Assembly: GCA_963723285.1 (NCBI GenBank)
Contig: CAVRQD010000006.1
Location: forward strand, 14,196-78,195
Origin: an uncultured Alphaproteobacteria bacterium
GTDB lineage: Bacteria > Pseudomonadota > Alphaproteobacteria > Rhizobiales > Beijerinckiaceae
Length of the DNA stretch: 64,000 bases
Reading direction: 5' to 3'
A program made the translations under genes and the position numbers. The notes under the pieces are model-generated. The model did not search any database and was not told the DNA's origin. It worked only from the letters and a program-made list of their open reading frames with translations. This document shows, one piece after another, positions 17,974 to 29,119 of the stretch (its first letter is position 1; each line of letters opens with the position of its first letter).

Positions 17974-18804
17974 TCAACCCACCTTTGGCGTGAGTTCAGC
18001 CGCCGCAACAAATCCATCGGTCACGTAGCGGTTGACGTGTCCGATGGAGAGACGCTCGCTCGGCTGATGCGATTGGACATTGGCGATGACGCCGTAACGC
18101 TGAAGCGCCGCGATGATAAAGTCGCGCTCTTCGTTCGTGTCAGCGTCGGTCGCGTGCGTGATCTGGAAGCTGAGGCGCGTCAGCGAAAATCCCGTGTCCC
18201 TTGTTCCGGCACCGACCCAAAGCACCGGTTCGTCCTCGGGCGGCCGCGGGGTGTTGACCCAGAAGGACGGCGTGTCCAGGGTCTCCTCGGCATGGGCGAG
18301 GGATAGTGCCCAGAAACGAATATGGTGCCGCTTGCGAGGGCTGTCGCCAATGGGTAGCTGGAAGCCCACATCCTGGCCTCGGCCAAAGAGGTAGAGCGTG
18401 CTGAAGGGGGCCTTCGGATAGGGCTTGTTCAGGATGAAGGCGCAGACCATCCGCCAAGAACTGGCAAGGCCAAGTGCATCGGCTTCCGCCCAGCCTGCCG
18501 TTGTGAAAGCGCTCAGGAGCTGATGCATCGTGCCGATCAGGACGAGGTTGACGGGATCGCCCGGCAATCCATCGCCGGTGATCGTATAGCTCGGCACGTG
18601 CCCGCGCTGAAGAATCCACAGTCCGATTCGGATGGCGCGCGGCAGGACGACATAGGCCGCAAGGCCGTAGGTGAAGGCGACGGCGAGCGCCACGGGAAGG
18701 CGCTGGTCGGCGCGTTTAAAGATTACAAAGGCGATGAGCCAAACCGTCAGGGCGCCGAGCGCGAAGACCAGGACACGCCGGAGGAGAAGCTTGAACCACC
18801 GCAT
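17974..18804 (-). CDS. LssY C-terminal domain membrane protein
   Basis: DGLPGDPVNLVLIG, LYLFGRGQDVGFQ, RHHIRFW, WVGAGTRDTG. Confidence 0.88.
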   Translation of the reverse strand: MRWFKLLLRRVLVFALGALTVWLIAFVIFKRADQRLPVALAVAFTYGLAAYVVLPRAIRIGLWILQRGHVPSYTITGDGLPGDPVNLVLIGTMHQLLSAFTTAGWAEADALGLASSWRMVCAFILNKPYPKAPFSTLYLFGRGQDVGFQLPIGDSPRKRHHIRFWALSLAHAEETLDTPSFWVNTPRPPEDEPVLWVGAGTRDTGFSLTRLSFQITHATDADTNEERDFIIAALQRYGVIANVQSHQPSERLSIGHVNRYVTDGFVAAAELTPKVG

Positions 18805-19065
18805 CCTGATCCTCCTGTCCGCAGGCTCGGCGCGTCATTGACCAATCATGGATAGAACTAATGATCAATGAGGACGCTGATTGCGACGCCAGCCAACGCA
18901 GCCGCGACGCCGATGGAGACTGTCTCAGTCAATGTGCGAATTAAGCTGCGTTTTGCAATTCGCGCACGTCCGATCCCAAGTCCCGTTCTTCGCCGCGGCT
19001 TTATGCCTTCTCGAACGGCGCAAGGCGTGTCACCTTGCTTTTTTTGTCGAAGGGCCCATCACCGA

Positions 19066-19482
19066 ATGAGCGAAATTTCCCTTGCCGTGGTGTTGCTGGC
19101 CCGTGTTTTCGGCCCCTGCAACGACCCGTGCATTGTCCAGCACAACCCCGGCGGTCACGTGGCCTGGTTCGAAGCCGCGGCACGAGCCGCTAAGGCCGCA
19201 CGACTGCAAATCGTCATCAACGGCTTCTGCGGCTCGTCCTGCATGACCCTGGCGAGCGAGGCGCGGCCCTATGTCTGCATCACGCCGCGCGCCGAGTTTG
19301 CCTATCATCGGACGAATTATGGCGACCCTATACCGCTGGGGCGCGATCTGGACCAATGGATCAGAGCCCGCGGCGGCTATCCGCCTTTTCGTGGCGTCCC
19401 CGGTCACATGAACTACGATGCCGCGCGCGCATTTTGGCCGACCTGCGGCCCGCGTCCCTCGGAGGGATTAAACGAGCAATGA
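19066..19482 (+). CDS. Small Cys-containing hypothetical protein, ClpP/crotonase-like motif pattern
   Basis: NPGG...IVINGFCGSSCMT...VCITPRAEFAYH. The ATG at 19066 is preferred over the longer track ORF. Confidence 0.65.
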   Translation: MSEISLAVVLLARVFGPCNDPCIVQHNPGGHVAWFEAAARAAKAARLQIVINGFCGSSCMTLASEARPYVCITPRAEFAYHRTNYGDPIPLGRDLDQWIRARGGYPPFRGVPGHMNYDAARAFWPTCGPRPSEGLNEQ

Positions 19483-19564
19483 AGGGGCCAATGGCGGAGC
19501 ACCGCTGCCGTGCTTAGGGCGCACATCAGTAAGATACTGAAATGAAAGGACTAAATATAAATTC

Positions 19565-19653
19565 TGGCGGAGAGGGGGGATTCGAACCCCCGATAGGCTT
19601 TCACCTATGCCGCATTTCGAGTGCGGTGCATTCAACCGCTCTGCCACCTCTCC
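19565..19653 (-). tRNA. tRNA-Ser(CGA)
   Basis: GGAGAGG acceptor, anticodon loop CTCGAAA, long variable arm, TTCGAAT, encoded CCA; 89 nt (see finding on the missing C). Confidence 0.95.
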
Positions 19654-19711
19654 AGCGCGCTGCCGTAGGCGGCGCAGATAACATGCGCTCCCGCACCATA
19701 CAAGGCTGGGT

Positions 19712-20755
19712 TCAGTCCTCCGCCCCTTCGGCGAAAAGCCCGAATTGCTGTGGTCTTGCCGGCGCCTCCAGCCCCAGGTGCCGGAAGGCCTGCGCCGTCA
19801 GCATCCGGCCGCGTGGGGTCCGCTGCAGAAAGCCCTGCTGGATCAGATAGGGCTCGATAATATCCTCGATCGCGTCGCGCGGCTCGGAGAGCGCCGCCGC
19901 CAGCGTCTCGATCCCCACCGGGCCGCCGCCGAAGCTCGCGGCGATGAGGCTCAGATAGCGCCGGTCCATCGTATCGAGGCCGATGGCATCGACATCGAGC
20001 GCCTTGAGCGCCCGGTCGGCGATGGCGCGGGTGATGCCCTGCGGCGCGGCCCCGACTTCGGCGAAATCGCGCACCCGGCGCAGCAGGCGTCCGGCGACGC
20101 GCGGCGTGCCCCGCGCCCGCTTGGCGATCTCGTTGGCGCCGTCGTCGGTGATGGCGATTTTGAGCAGGTGCGCGCCACGGCGGACGATCAATTCGAGTTC
20201 CGGCACGGTATAGAAATCGAGCCGCATCGGAATGCCGAAGCGGTCGCGCAGCGGCGTGGTGAGCAGACCCGCCCGCGTCGTCGCGCCGACCAGCGTGAAT
20301 CTAGCGAGATCGATCTTCACCGAGCGGGCGCCGGGGCCGGTGCCGACCATCAGATCGAGCTGGAAATCCTCCATTGCCGGATAGAGGATTTCTTCGACCG
20401 CGGGGTTCAACCGGTGGATCTCGTCGATGAAGAGCACGTCGCGTTCTTCGAGCGCGGTCAATTGCGCGGCGAGATCGCCGCCCTTGGCGATCACCGGGCC
20501 GGAGGTCGAGCGGAAATTCACCCCCAATTCGCGCGCGACGATCTGCGCCAGCGTCGTCTTGCCGAGACCCGGCGGCCCGACGAAGAGCACATGGTCGAGC
20601 GCGTCGCGCCGCGCCTTGGCGGCCTCGATGAAGATTTTGAGATTCTTCCGCGCCGCTTCCTGGCCGGTGAAATCGGCGAGCGTCAGCGGCCGCAGCGAGG
20701 CATCTTGATCCTCGGCGGTCGCTTCGGGCGCGATCAGGCGGTGCGGTTCGTTCAC
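19712..20755 (-). CDS. ruvB: Holliday junction branch migration helicase RuvB
   Basis: [44 protein letters not shown]. Confidence 0.98.
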   Translation of the reverse strand: MNEPHRLIAPEATAEDQDASLRPLTLADFTGQEAARKNLKIFIEAAKARRDALDHVLFVGPPGLGKTTLAQIVARELGVNFRSTSGPVIAKGGDLAAQLTALEERDVLFIDEIHRLNPAVEEILYPAMEDFQLDLMVGTGPGARSVKIDLARFTLVGATTRAGLLTTPLRDRFGIPMRLDFYTVPELELIVRRGAHLLKIAITDDGANEIAKRARGTPRVAGRLLRRVRDFAEVGAAPQGITRAIADRALKALDVDAIGLDTMDRRYLSLIAASFGGGPVGIETLAAALSEPRDAIEDIIEPYLIQQGFLQRTPRGRMLTAQAFRHLGLEAPARPQQFGLFAEGAED

Positions 20756-20798
20756 GATCGATCCTCTCGAATCGCCAGCCTATCACGCCGCGGGCCGA

Positions 20799-20848
20799 TA
20801 GCGGGATGAGGAAAAGTGCAAGCGGTTTTCCGTCCGCATCCCGCGCTA
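20799..20848. repeat. Palindromic intergenic element (single hairpin)
   Basis: TAGCGGGATG...AAAAGTG-N4-CGGTTTT...CATCCCGCGCTA, overlapping the nth stop. Confidence 0.75.
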
Positions 20849-21604
20849 ACTCGGCTGAACCGTCTTTTTCGGCCAGCGGCACAGGTCTTCGATCGGGCAG
20901 CGCCAGCATTGCGGCTTGCGCGCCTGGCAGATGTAGCGCCCGTGCAGGATCAGCCAATGATGTGCGTGCAGCTTATAAGCCTCGGGGATGATCCGCTCGA
21001 GCCCGTCCTCGACCTCGTGCGGGGTTTTGCCCGGCGCCAGCGGAATACGGTTCGAGACGCGAAAGATATGCGTGTCGACCGCGATCGTCGGCTGATTGAA
21101 GGCGACGTTGAGCACGACATTGGCGGTCTTGCGGCCGACGCCGGGGAGGGATTCGAGTTCCTCGCGGGTCCGTGGCACGCGGCCGCCGAACCTTTCGACC
21201 AAGACGCGCGAGAGGCCGATGACGTTCTTGGCCTTGGCGCGATAGAGGCCGATTGTCTTGATCAGGTCGCGGACTTCATCTTCGCCCAGCGCCAGCATTT
21301 TCTCCGGCGTGTCGGCCCTGGCGAAGAGCGCGGGCGTTGCCTTGTTGACCCCGGCGTCGGTCGCCTGCGCCGAAAGGACCACGGCGACGAGCAGGGTAAA
21401 GGGGCTTTTATAGTGCAGTTCGCTGTGCGGATGCGGATTGGCCTCGGCGAAGCGGCGGAAGATTTCGGCGACCTCATCGGGTGGCACCGGCTTTGGCCAG
21501 CGGGAGGCCCGCGCGCTGGTCCCCGCCTTGGCCGAGGGCGTCTTTCGCCCTGGGGCCGGAACTTTCGCGGCGGGTTTTGGCTTGACTCTGGTGACGGAGG
21601 CCAT
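20846..21604 (-). CDS. nth: Endonuclease III
   Basis: LLVAVVLSAQATD, HhH LPGVGRKTA, VDTH, Fe-S motif CQARKPQCWRCPIEDLC. Confidence 0.97.
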   Translation of the reverse strand: MASVTRVKPKPAAKVPAPGRKTPSAKAGTSARASRWPKPVPPDEVAEIFRRFAEANPHPHSELHYKSPFTLLVAVVLSAQATDAGVNKATPALFARADTPEKMLALGEDEVRDLIKTIGLYRAKAKNVIGLSRVLVERFGGRVPRTREELESLPGVGRKTANVVLNVAFNQPTIAVDTHIFRVSNRIPLAPGKTPHEVEDGLERIIPEAYKLHAHHWLILHGRYICQARKPQCWRCPIEDLCRWPKKTVQPS

Positions 21605-21651
21605 TTGAGGTTTATAAAGTTCGGCGGCATCCCGGAGAAGAGCGCGCCGCG

Positions 21652-22191
21652 ATGGACGACGGCCCGATCCACACAATCGAATCCCGGGGCGGCCAAGCGC
21701 CGGACCCCATGGAGCAGCGCATCTATGCCGTGCGGCTGCACCCGCACCGTTCACTCAGCCAGCGCAATTTCCGGGTTCTGCTCTGCATCTTCTCGGCGAT
21801 CAGCTTCGCGACGACAATCCCCTTCGTGATCATGGGCGCCTGGCCCGTCGCCGGCTTCATGGGCGTCGATGTCGCGATCTTTTATTTCGCCTTCCGCGCC
21901 AATTTCCGTGCCGCCCGCGCGTATGAGGATGTCGATGTAACGCCCATCGCGCTCTCACTCGCCAAGGTTTCGCCGGAAGGCGCGCGGGCGGAATGGCAGT
22001 TCAATCCGTCCTGGGTCTATCTGCACAAGGAGACGCACGAGGAATATGGCGTGCAGAAAGTGGCGCTGGTCTCGCGCGGCCGGCGCGTCGAAGTCGGCAG
22101 TTTCCTCGGGCCGGATGATAAAGCGCATTTCGCGCAAGACCTCTCGCGCGCACTGGCGGAGGCGCGCCGCGGCCCGCGTTTTTCCGACTGA
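21652..22191 (+). CDS. DUF2244 domain membrane protein
   Basis: LHPHRSLSQRNF, GAWPVAGFMGVDV, VEVGSFLGPDDK. Confidence 0.88.
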   Translation: MDDGPIHTIESRGGQAPDPMEQRIYAVRLHPHRSLSQRNFRVLLCIFSAISFATTIPFVIMGAWPVAGFMGVDVAIFYFAFRANFRAARAYEDVDVTPIALSLAKVSPEGARAEWQFNPSWVYLHKETHEEYGVQKVALVSRGRRVEVGSFLGPDDKAHFAQDLSRALAEARRGPRFSD

Positions 22192-22193
22192 GT

Positions 22194-22466
22194 TCAATAG
22201 CCGGGGCAGACGTAGCTCGGCGGGCTCGCCCAGATGACGCGCGAGGGCGCCGGACAATCGATGCCGCAGGGCGTGCCGTTGACGTCGCGCACCAAGTCCG
22301 CCAACGAATCATAGGTTCCGTCGGGCTGCTGGTAATGGCTCATCTTCAGGATCACGCCGGGGCCGGTGACGACGCAGCGCGGCGCGTGGCGAAAATGGGC
22401 CGAGGCTGAGCCCGGAGCGGCAGCGAGAAGCGCGGCTGCTACGAGGCAACGCATGTAGCTTTGCAT
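22194..22466 (-). CDS. Small secreted hypothetical protein
   Basis: Signal peptide ending ASA; four Cys in the mature part. Confidence 0.6.
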   Translation of the reverse strand: MQSYMRCLVAAALLAAAPGSASAHFRHAPRCVVTGPGVILKMSHYQQPDGTYDSLADLVRDVNGTPCGIDCPAPSRVIWASPPSYVCPGY

Positions 22467-22729
22467 ATCGATCTCCTGGCGAATGAACGTGCCGAATTTA
22501 GTCTTCTCGCGCAGATTCGTTGTCTAATAACCAATTTATATGAAGATAATGAACCGAAAGGGCGCGCAAGTGAAGAATCCGCGCCGCAACGCCCTGCCGG
22601 CCGTTCCGTAACCACGGTTTCGGTTGCGACGCGCGCGGCGCTCGTCCGCCACGATCCCAAGGCACGAAGCCGGCGGCCACGACCGAGCTTTTCGGCCCCT
22701 GCAATAGTCGATCCCCGTAAAATCTCCGC

Positions 22730-22758
22730 CTTGCGGCGAAAATTCATGCCCTTATATA
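22730..22758 (+). promoter_or_regulatory. RpoH (sigma32)-type promoter of dnaK
   Basis: CTTG-N18-CTTATAT matches the alphaproteobacterial RpoH consensus. Confidence 0.7.
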
Positions 22759-22891
22759 CGGCTCATCTTGCGCGCCCCTGCGGCGCTACCACATTGAGTT
22801 CTATCGGGGACCGGGCGGCCTTTACCCGTCCGCCCAAATACCGGATCGCTTCGGGGTCCGGCCGGTCTTGCGGCTCGAAAGGAAGAACGAC

Positions 22892-24802
<1,911 letters not shown>

Positions 24803-24827
24803 TCGCGGTGCGCCGGATCGGACATAG

Positions 24828-24858
24828 AAAGGGCCGGGCGGTCACGCCTGGCCTTTTT
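24828..24858 (+). terminator. Intrinsic terminator after dnaK
   Basis: AAAGGGCCGGGCG-gtca-CGCCTGGCCTTTTT hairpin with U-tract. Confidence 0.8.
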
Positions 24859-25018
24859 GCGTCTGTGCTCCTTCGTGTCTGTGCTCCAGTCGGCAAGCGC
24901 GTGGACGCCGCTTAACTGTTGATGCGCGGTCGGCCGCAGAGGCGAAAGTGCGATTTCCTCCGCGAATCGCTTAAATTTCATGAGTAAATGCCGCGGGGGC
25001 GGCAGGGACCGATAGGCA

Positions 25019-26149
25019 ATGGGCAAGACCTGCTATTACGAAATGCTCGGCTTGACGCGGACATGCTCCGAAGTCGAATTGAAATCGGCCTTCCGCAAAG
25101 CTGCGATGCAATTCCATCCCGACCGCAATCCCGGCGACACGGCCTGCGAGGTCAAGTTCAAGGAAGTGAACGAGGCCTATCAGTGCCTCTCCGATCCGCA
25201 AAAGCGCGCCGCCTATGACCGGTTCGGCCATGCCGCGTTCGAGCAGGGCGGCGGTGGCAACGGCTTCGCCAGCGACGGTTTCGGCGCCTCGATGTCGGAT
25301 ATTTTCGACGATCTCTTCGGCGATGTGATGGGCCGTCGCGGGCGCGGCAACGGCGGCGCCACGCGCGGCTCGGATCTGCGCTACAATCTCGAAATCACGC
25401 TTGAGGAAGCCTTCGCCGGCAAGACGGCCAATCTTACTTTGCCGACATCGGTTGCCTGCACGGCCTGCTCCGGTTCGGGCGCCAAGCCCGGTGCCAAGCC
25501 GCGCGCCTGCACGACCTGCGGCGGCTATGGACGGGTGCGGGCGCAGCAGGGCTTCTTCTCAATCGAGCGCACCTGCCCGCATTGCCACGGCCAGGGCGAG
25601 GTGATCGACAATCCGTGCACGACCTGCTCGGGCACCGGCCGGGTGACGCGCGAGCGTAGCCTCGCGGTCAACATTCCGGCGGGCGTCGAGGATGGCACGC
25701 GTATTCGCCTCGCCGGCGAGGGCGAGGCGGGGGTGCGCGGCGGGCCGTCCGGCGATCTTTACATCTTCATCGCTACCAAGCCGCATCCCTTCTATCAGCG
25801 CGATGGCGCCGATCTTTTCTGCCGCGTGCCGATCTCGATGGTGCAGGCGGCGCTCGGCGGCGAAATCGCCGTGCACACGATCGACGGCGGCGAGACCAAG
25901 GTGAAAGTGCCGGAAGGCACGCAATCGGGCAAACAGTTCAAAGTGCGCGCCAAGGGCATGCCGGTGCTGCGCTCGCGCGACGTTGGCGACCTTTACATCC
26001 AGGTCAATGTCGAGACGCCGCAGAGTTTGACCAAACGCCAGCGCGAGCTTCTGACCGAGTTTGAGTCCCTCTCCTCGAACAGCACGCATCCCGAATCGTC
26101 CGGCTTCTTCGCCAAGATGAAGGACTTTTTCGAGAATCTGGGCAATTAG
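25019..26149 (+). CDS. dnaJ: Chaperone DnaJ
   Basis: HPD J-domain, G/F region, CxxCxGxG repeats. Confidence 0.99.
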   Translation: MGKTCYYEMLGLTRTCSEVELKSAFRKAAMQFHPDRNPGDTACEVKFKEVNEAYQCLSDPQKRAAYDRFGHAAFEQGGGGNGFASDGFGASMSDIFDDLFGDVMGRRGRGNGGATRGSDLRYNLEITLEEAFAGKTANLTLPTSVACTACSGSGAKPGAKPRACTTCGGYGRVRAQQGFFSIERTCPHCHGQGEVIDNPCTTCSGTGRVTRERSLAVNIPAGVEDGTRIRLAGEGEAGVRGGPSGDLYIFIATKPHPFYQRDGADLFCRVPISMVQAALGGEIAVHTIDGGETKVKVPEGTQSGKQFKVRAKGMPVLRSRDVGDLYIQVNVETPQSLTKRQRELLTEFESLSSNSTHPESSGFFAKMKDFFENLGN

Positions 26150-26189
26150 CCCGAAGCGCCAAAAGTCCGGGTGCATGGTTTGCTAACCA

Positions 26190-26360
26190 AGCCAGGGAAT
26201 CGGGTTGGTACCCCCCGGTTTCCGATATCCGGATAAGACTCCGGTAAAAGCATGCTTCCTAGGATCGGCTTGCTCGCGGGCATGTTCAGCCCTGCGGTGC
26301 TCGATACTAGCGCTGGTACTGAACGGCCCCTCCACCCCCCGGGAGGGGCCGTTTCGTTTT
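26190..26360 (+). ncRNA. Candidate structured sRNA (or long dnaJ 3' element) ending in a terminator
   Basis: Successive hairpins, ending in AACGGCCCCTCC-loop-GGAGGGGCCGTT followed by a T-rich tail (26322-26360). Confidence 0.4.
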
Positions 26361-26373
26361 CGACCCATCAAAT

Positions 26374-26465
26374 AAAAACCCCGCTGAGCAAGGCTCGCGG
26401 GGCTGAAGGTTTGGCGGTGTGGGGGACCATCACCGCCGTTGACACCAACATAAAGTGCGCCGGAT
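26374..26465 (-). ncRNA. Candidate sRNA with a C-rich loop and intrinsic terminator
   Basis: Minus-strand hairpin GGCGGUG-AUGGUCCCCCA-CACCGCC (26413-26437), then terminator CCCCGCGAGC...GCGGGG-UUUUU (26374-26402). No credible minus-strand CDS upstream. Confidence 0.45.
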
Positions 26466-26583
26466 TTAATGATGTGCGGTGGCACACATGGGCCATTGCG
26501 CCAAAAAGACCGCGCCTTTGCTTGACGCTGGCGGGCTGGTCGGCGAATTTGCGCCGCGATAGAACTCTCTCCCGAGGCCGCCC

Positions 26584-27198
26584 TTGAGCCACCCTGTCAC
26601 CGACGCGGCAAAGCCGCAAAGCCGCCGGGCCGATGCGGCGCAATTCCTGCGCACCTGGGCGGCCAATCCGCTGCTGCTCGGCGCGGTGACGCCATCAGGC
26701 CCGGCGCTGGCCGCGGCCATGGCGGCCGAGGTCGATCCGGCGCAGCCGGGGCCCATCATCGAGCTTGGCCCCGGCACGGGCGTGATGACCGAGGCGCTGC
26801 TCGCGCGTGGCATCGCGCCGGAGCGGCTGTTCCTCATCGAATATGAGCCGGGCTTCTGTGACTTGCTGCGGGCGCGCTTTCCGGGCGTCACCGTCATCCA
26901 AGGCGATGCCTATGATCTGCGTGGCACTTTGGGTACGCGGCTCGGCGCGCCGCCTATCGCAATCATCTCCAGCTTGCCGCTGATCACGCGGCCCGAGCCC
27001 GAGCGCGCGGCGCTGCTGGCGGAAGCCTTCGGCCTGATGGCGGCGGGCGGTCCCTTCGTGCAATTCTCCTACAGCCTGTTTTCGCCGGCGCCGCGCAAGC
27101 TGCTGCCGCCGCATACGCTCGTGACATCGCCCTGGGTCTGGCGCAACGTGCCGCCGGCGCGGGTCTGGGTCTATCGCGCCGCAGGAGCCGCCATATGA
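26584..27198 (+). CDS. pmtA: Phospholipid N-methyltransferase (rhizobial PmtA type)
   Basis: [18 protein letters not shown] motif, [22 protein letters not shown]; dnaKJ-pmtA synteny. Confidence 0.85.
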   Translation: MSHPVTDAAKPQSRRADAAQFLRTWAANPLLLGAVTPSGPALAAAMAAEVDPAQPGPIIELGPGTGVMTEALLARGIAPERLFLIEYEPGFCDLLRARFPGVTVIQGDAYDLRGTLGTRLGAPPIAIISSLPLITRPEPERAALLAEAFGLMAAGGPFVQFSYSLFSPAPRKLLPPHTLVTSPWVWRNVPPARVWVYRAAGAAI

Positions 27199-27914
27199 GC
27201 GTCGCCAAGCCTTCCGACCGGCTGATCGTCGCGCTCGATTTCCCCGAGGTCGCGCAGGCGCGCGCGCTGGTCGCGACGCTCGGCGACAGCGTGTCCTTCT
27301 ACAAGATCGGCCTGGAGCTCGCCTATGGTGGCACTTCGGCCGACAATGGCTTCGCCCTTGCTGACGAGCTCGCGGCGAAGGGCAAGAAAATCTTCCTCGA
27401 TCTCAAGCTGCACGACATTCCCAATACGGTGCAGCGCGCGACGGCGCAGATCGCGCGCCGGGGCGTCAATTTCCTGACGGTTCATGCGTTTCCGCAGACC
27501 ATGGCGGCGGCCAAGGCCGGCGCCGCGGGCAGCAATCTCAAGCTGCTCGCGGTGACGGTGCTGACCTCCTATGACGACGACGATCTCGAGGCGGCGGGCT
27601 ATCGCTTTCCGGTGCGCGATCTGGTGCCGCATCGTGCCCAACAGGCCAAGGCGCTTGGCATCGACGGGCTGGTCGCGGCGGCGTCCGAGGCGGCGGAATT
27701 GCGCCGCGCCCTTGGGCCGGAGATCATCCTGGTGACGCCGGGCATCCGCCCCGTCGGTGGCGCGGCGGGGGATCAGAAGCGGGTGGCGACGCCAGCGGCG
27801 GCGATCGCGGCGGGGGCGGATTATCTGGTGGTGGGGCGGCCGATCACGGAGGCGGCCGATCCGCGCGCCGCAGCCGAGGCGATTCAGCACGAAATCGCCA
27901 CGGCGCGGGGATAA
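27195..27914 (+). CDS. pyrF: Orotidine-5'-phosphate decarboxylase
   Basis: [44 protein letters not shown]. Confidence 0.97.
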   Translation: MSVAKPSDRLIVALDFPEVAQARALVATLGDSVSFYKIGLELAYGGTSADNGFALADELAAKGKKIFLDLKLHDIPNTVQRATAQIARRGVNFLTVHAFPQTMAAAKAGAAGSNLKLLAVTVLTSYDDDDLEAAGYRFPVRDLVPHRAQQAKALGIDGLVAAASEAAELRRALGPEIILVTPGIRPVGGAAGDQKRVATPAAAIAAGADYLVVGRPITEAADPRAAAEAIQHEIATARG

Positions 27915-28102
27915 TGGCTACGCGGAAAATCTCAAACGCAAAAACTGAAACGCAGCAAAAACTGAAACGCGATTGCAACTCAAACGCAACGGACGCAACG
28001 CGTGACCGAGGGCAAGCACAAGCGAACGTACCTCCGGTTCGCCTGCCCGGCGCACTGCCGGATCGCTTCCCTGGTCGATCAAAACCTATCCCGGTTCTAT
28101 GA
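27914..28102 (+). CDS. Possible small basic protein coupled to pyrF (62 aa)
   Basis: TAATG stop/start overlap; ends just before a hairpin; atypical A-rich codons. Confidence 0.3.
   Translation: MATRKISNAKTETQQKLKRDCNSNATDATRDRGQAQANVPPVRLPGALPDRFPGRSKPIPVL
27931..27989 (+). repeat. Four copies of CT[CG]AAACGC, including an exact 16-bp direct repeat
   Basis: Motif at 27931, 27945, 27962 and 27979. GCAAAAACTGAAACGC at 27938-27953 and 27955-27970. Confidence 0.8.
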
Positions 28103-28124
28103 CCCGCCCGTGACAGGGCGGGCC
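28102..28124 (+). terminator. GC-rich hairpin after the pyrF operon
   Basis: CCCGCCC-gtgaca-GGGCGGG; only a weak U-tract. Confidence 0.45.
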
Positions 28125-28126
28125 GT

Positions 28127-28239
28127 TAGAGCGTTTTCAAGCGAAGTGGACACCGGTTCGCGTTAGGAAAACGCTCTCGTTCAATAACTAGACCGCTTTC
28201 GAACGGAAAACCGGTTTCCACTTTTCCTGAAAGCGGTCT
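28127..28239. repeat. Two-hairpin RIME-like palindromic element
   Basis: AGAGCGTTTTC...GAAAACGCTCT (28128-28177) and AGACCGCTTTC...GAAAGCGGTCT (28190-28239). Both have AAGTG-N5-CGGTT cores. Confidence 0.85.
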
Positions 28240-28301
28240 GGGCCGAACTTTTAATTCCGCCGCGCCCGCCGTATAGACAGCCGGGCCCATAGGAGATTTT
28301 T

Positions 28302-29111
28302 ATGAGCGATATGCGGCTCATCGTAGCCGGGGCGGCGGGCCGCATGGGCTGCGCCCTCGTTGAATTGATCGCCAAGACTCCGGGTGTCAGCCTTGCCGCT
28401 GCGCTTGACGGGCCGAAAAGCCCGGCGCTGGGTCAGGATGCGGGCATTTATGCCGGTGTTGGCGCGCTCGGCGTCGCGATTTCGAGCGATCCGTTAACCG
28501 CCGCGCTCGATGCCGATGGCATCATCGATTTTTCGATACCGCACGCGAGCGTCGAACTCGCCGCCCTGGCGGCGCAGGCGCGTATCGTCCATGTGATCGG
28601 CACGACCGGGCTTTCCGTCGAGGATCGCGAAAAGATCGCGGCGGCGGCGAATCACGCCGCCATTGTCCAATCGGGCAATATGAGTCTCGGCATCAACCTG
28701 CTAGCGAGCCTGGTCGAGAAGGTCGCGCGGGCGCTCGGCCCCGAGTTCGATATCGAAATCGTTGAAATGCATCACCGGATGAAAGTCGATGCGCCGTCCG
28801 GCACCGCCTTGCTGCTCGGCGAGGCGGCGGCGCGCGGGCGCGGCGTTTCCCTCGCCGATCGATCGGTGCGCAGCCGTGACGGCCACACTGGCGCGCGGGC
28901 GGAGGGCGCCATCGGCTTTGCGACGTTGCGCGGCGGTACGGTGGTCGGCGATCATTCGGTGATTTTCGCTGGCCCCGGCGAGCGGCTGGAGCTCGCCCAC
29001 AAGGCTGAGGATCGAACCATCTTCGCGCGCGGCGCGTTGCGTGCGGCGCTCTGGGCGCGCCGGCGCAAGCCTGGCCTTTATTCAATGGTTGATGTGCTCG
29101 GCGTCAAATAG
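28302..29111 (+). CDS. dapB: 4-hydroxy-tetrahydrodipicolinate reductase
   Basis: [37 protein letters not shown]. Confidence 0.98.
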   Translation: MSDMRLIVAGAAGRMGCALVELIAKTPGVSLAAALDGPKSPALGQDAGIYAGVGALGVAISSDPLTAALDADGIIDFSIPHASVELAALAAQARIVHVIGTTGLSVEDREKIAAAANHAAIVQSGNMSLGINLLASLVEKVARALGPEFDIEIVEMHHRMKVDAPSGTALLLGEAAARGRGVSLADRSVRSRDGHTGARAEGAIGFATLRGGTVVGDHSVIFAGPGERLELAHKAEDRTIFARGALRAALWARRRKPGLYSMVDVLGVK

Positions 29112-29119
29112 GATTGTCC

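Noticed and set aside
26183-26587. ORFs 26183-26485(-) and 26252-26587(+)
   Set aside because: No RBS or motifs, and they run through strong terminator hairpins. An RNA interpretation fits better.
27931-27989. CRISPR array
   Set aside because: Units are too short, there are no unique 30-40-bp spacers, and there are no cas genes.
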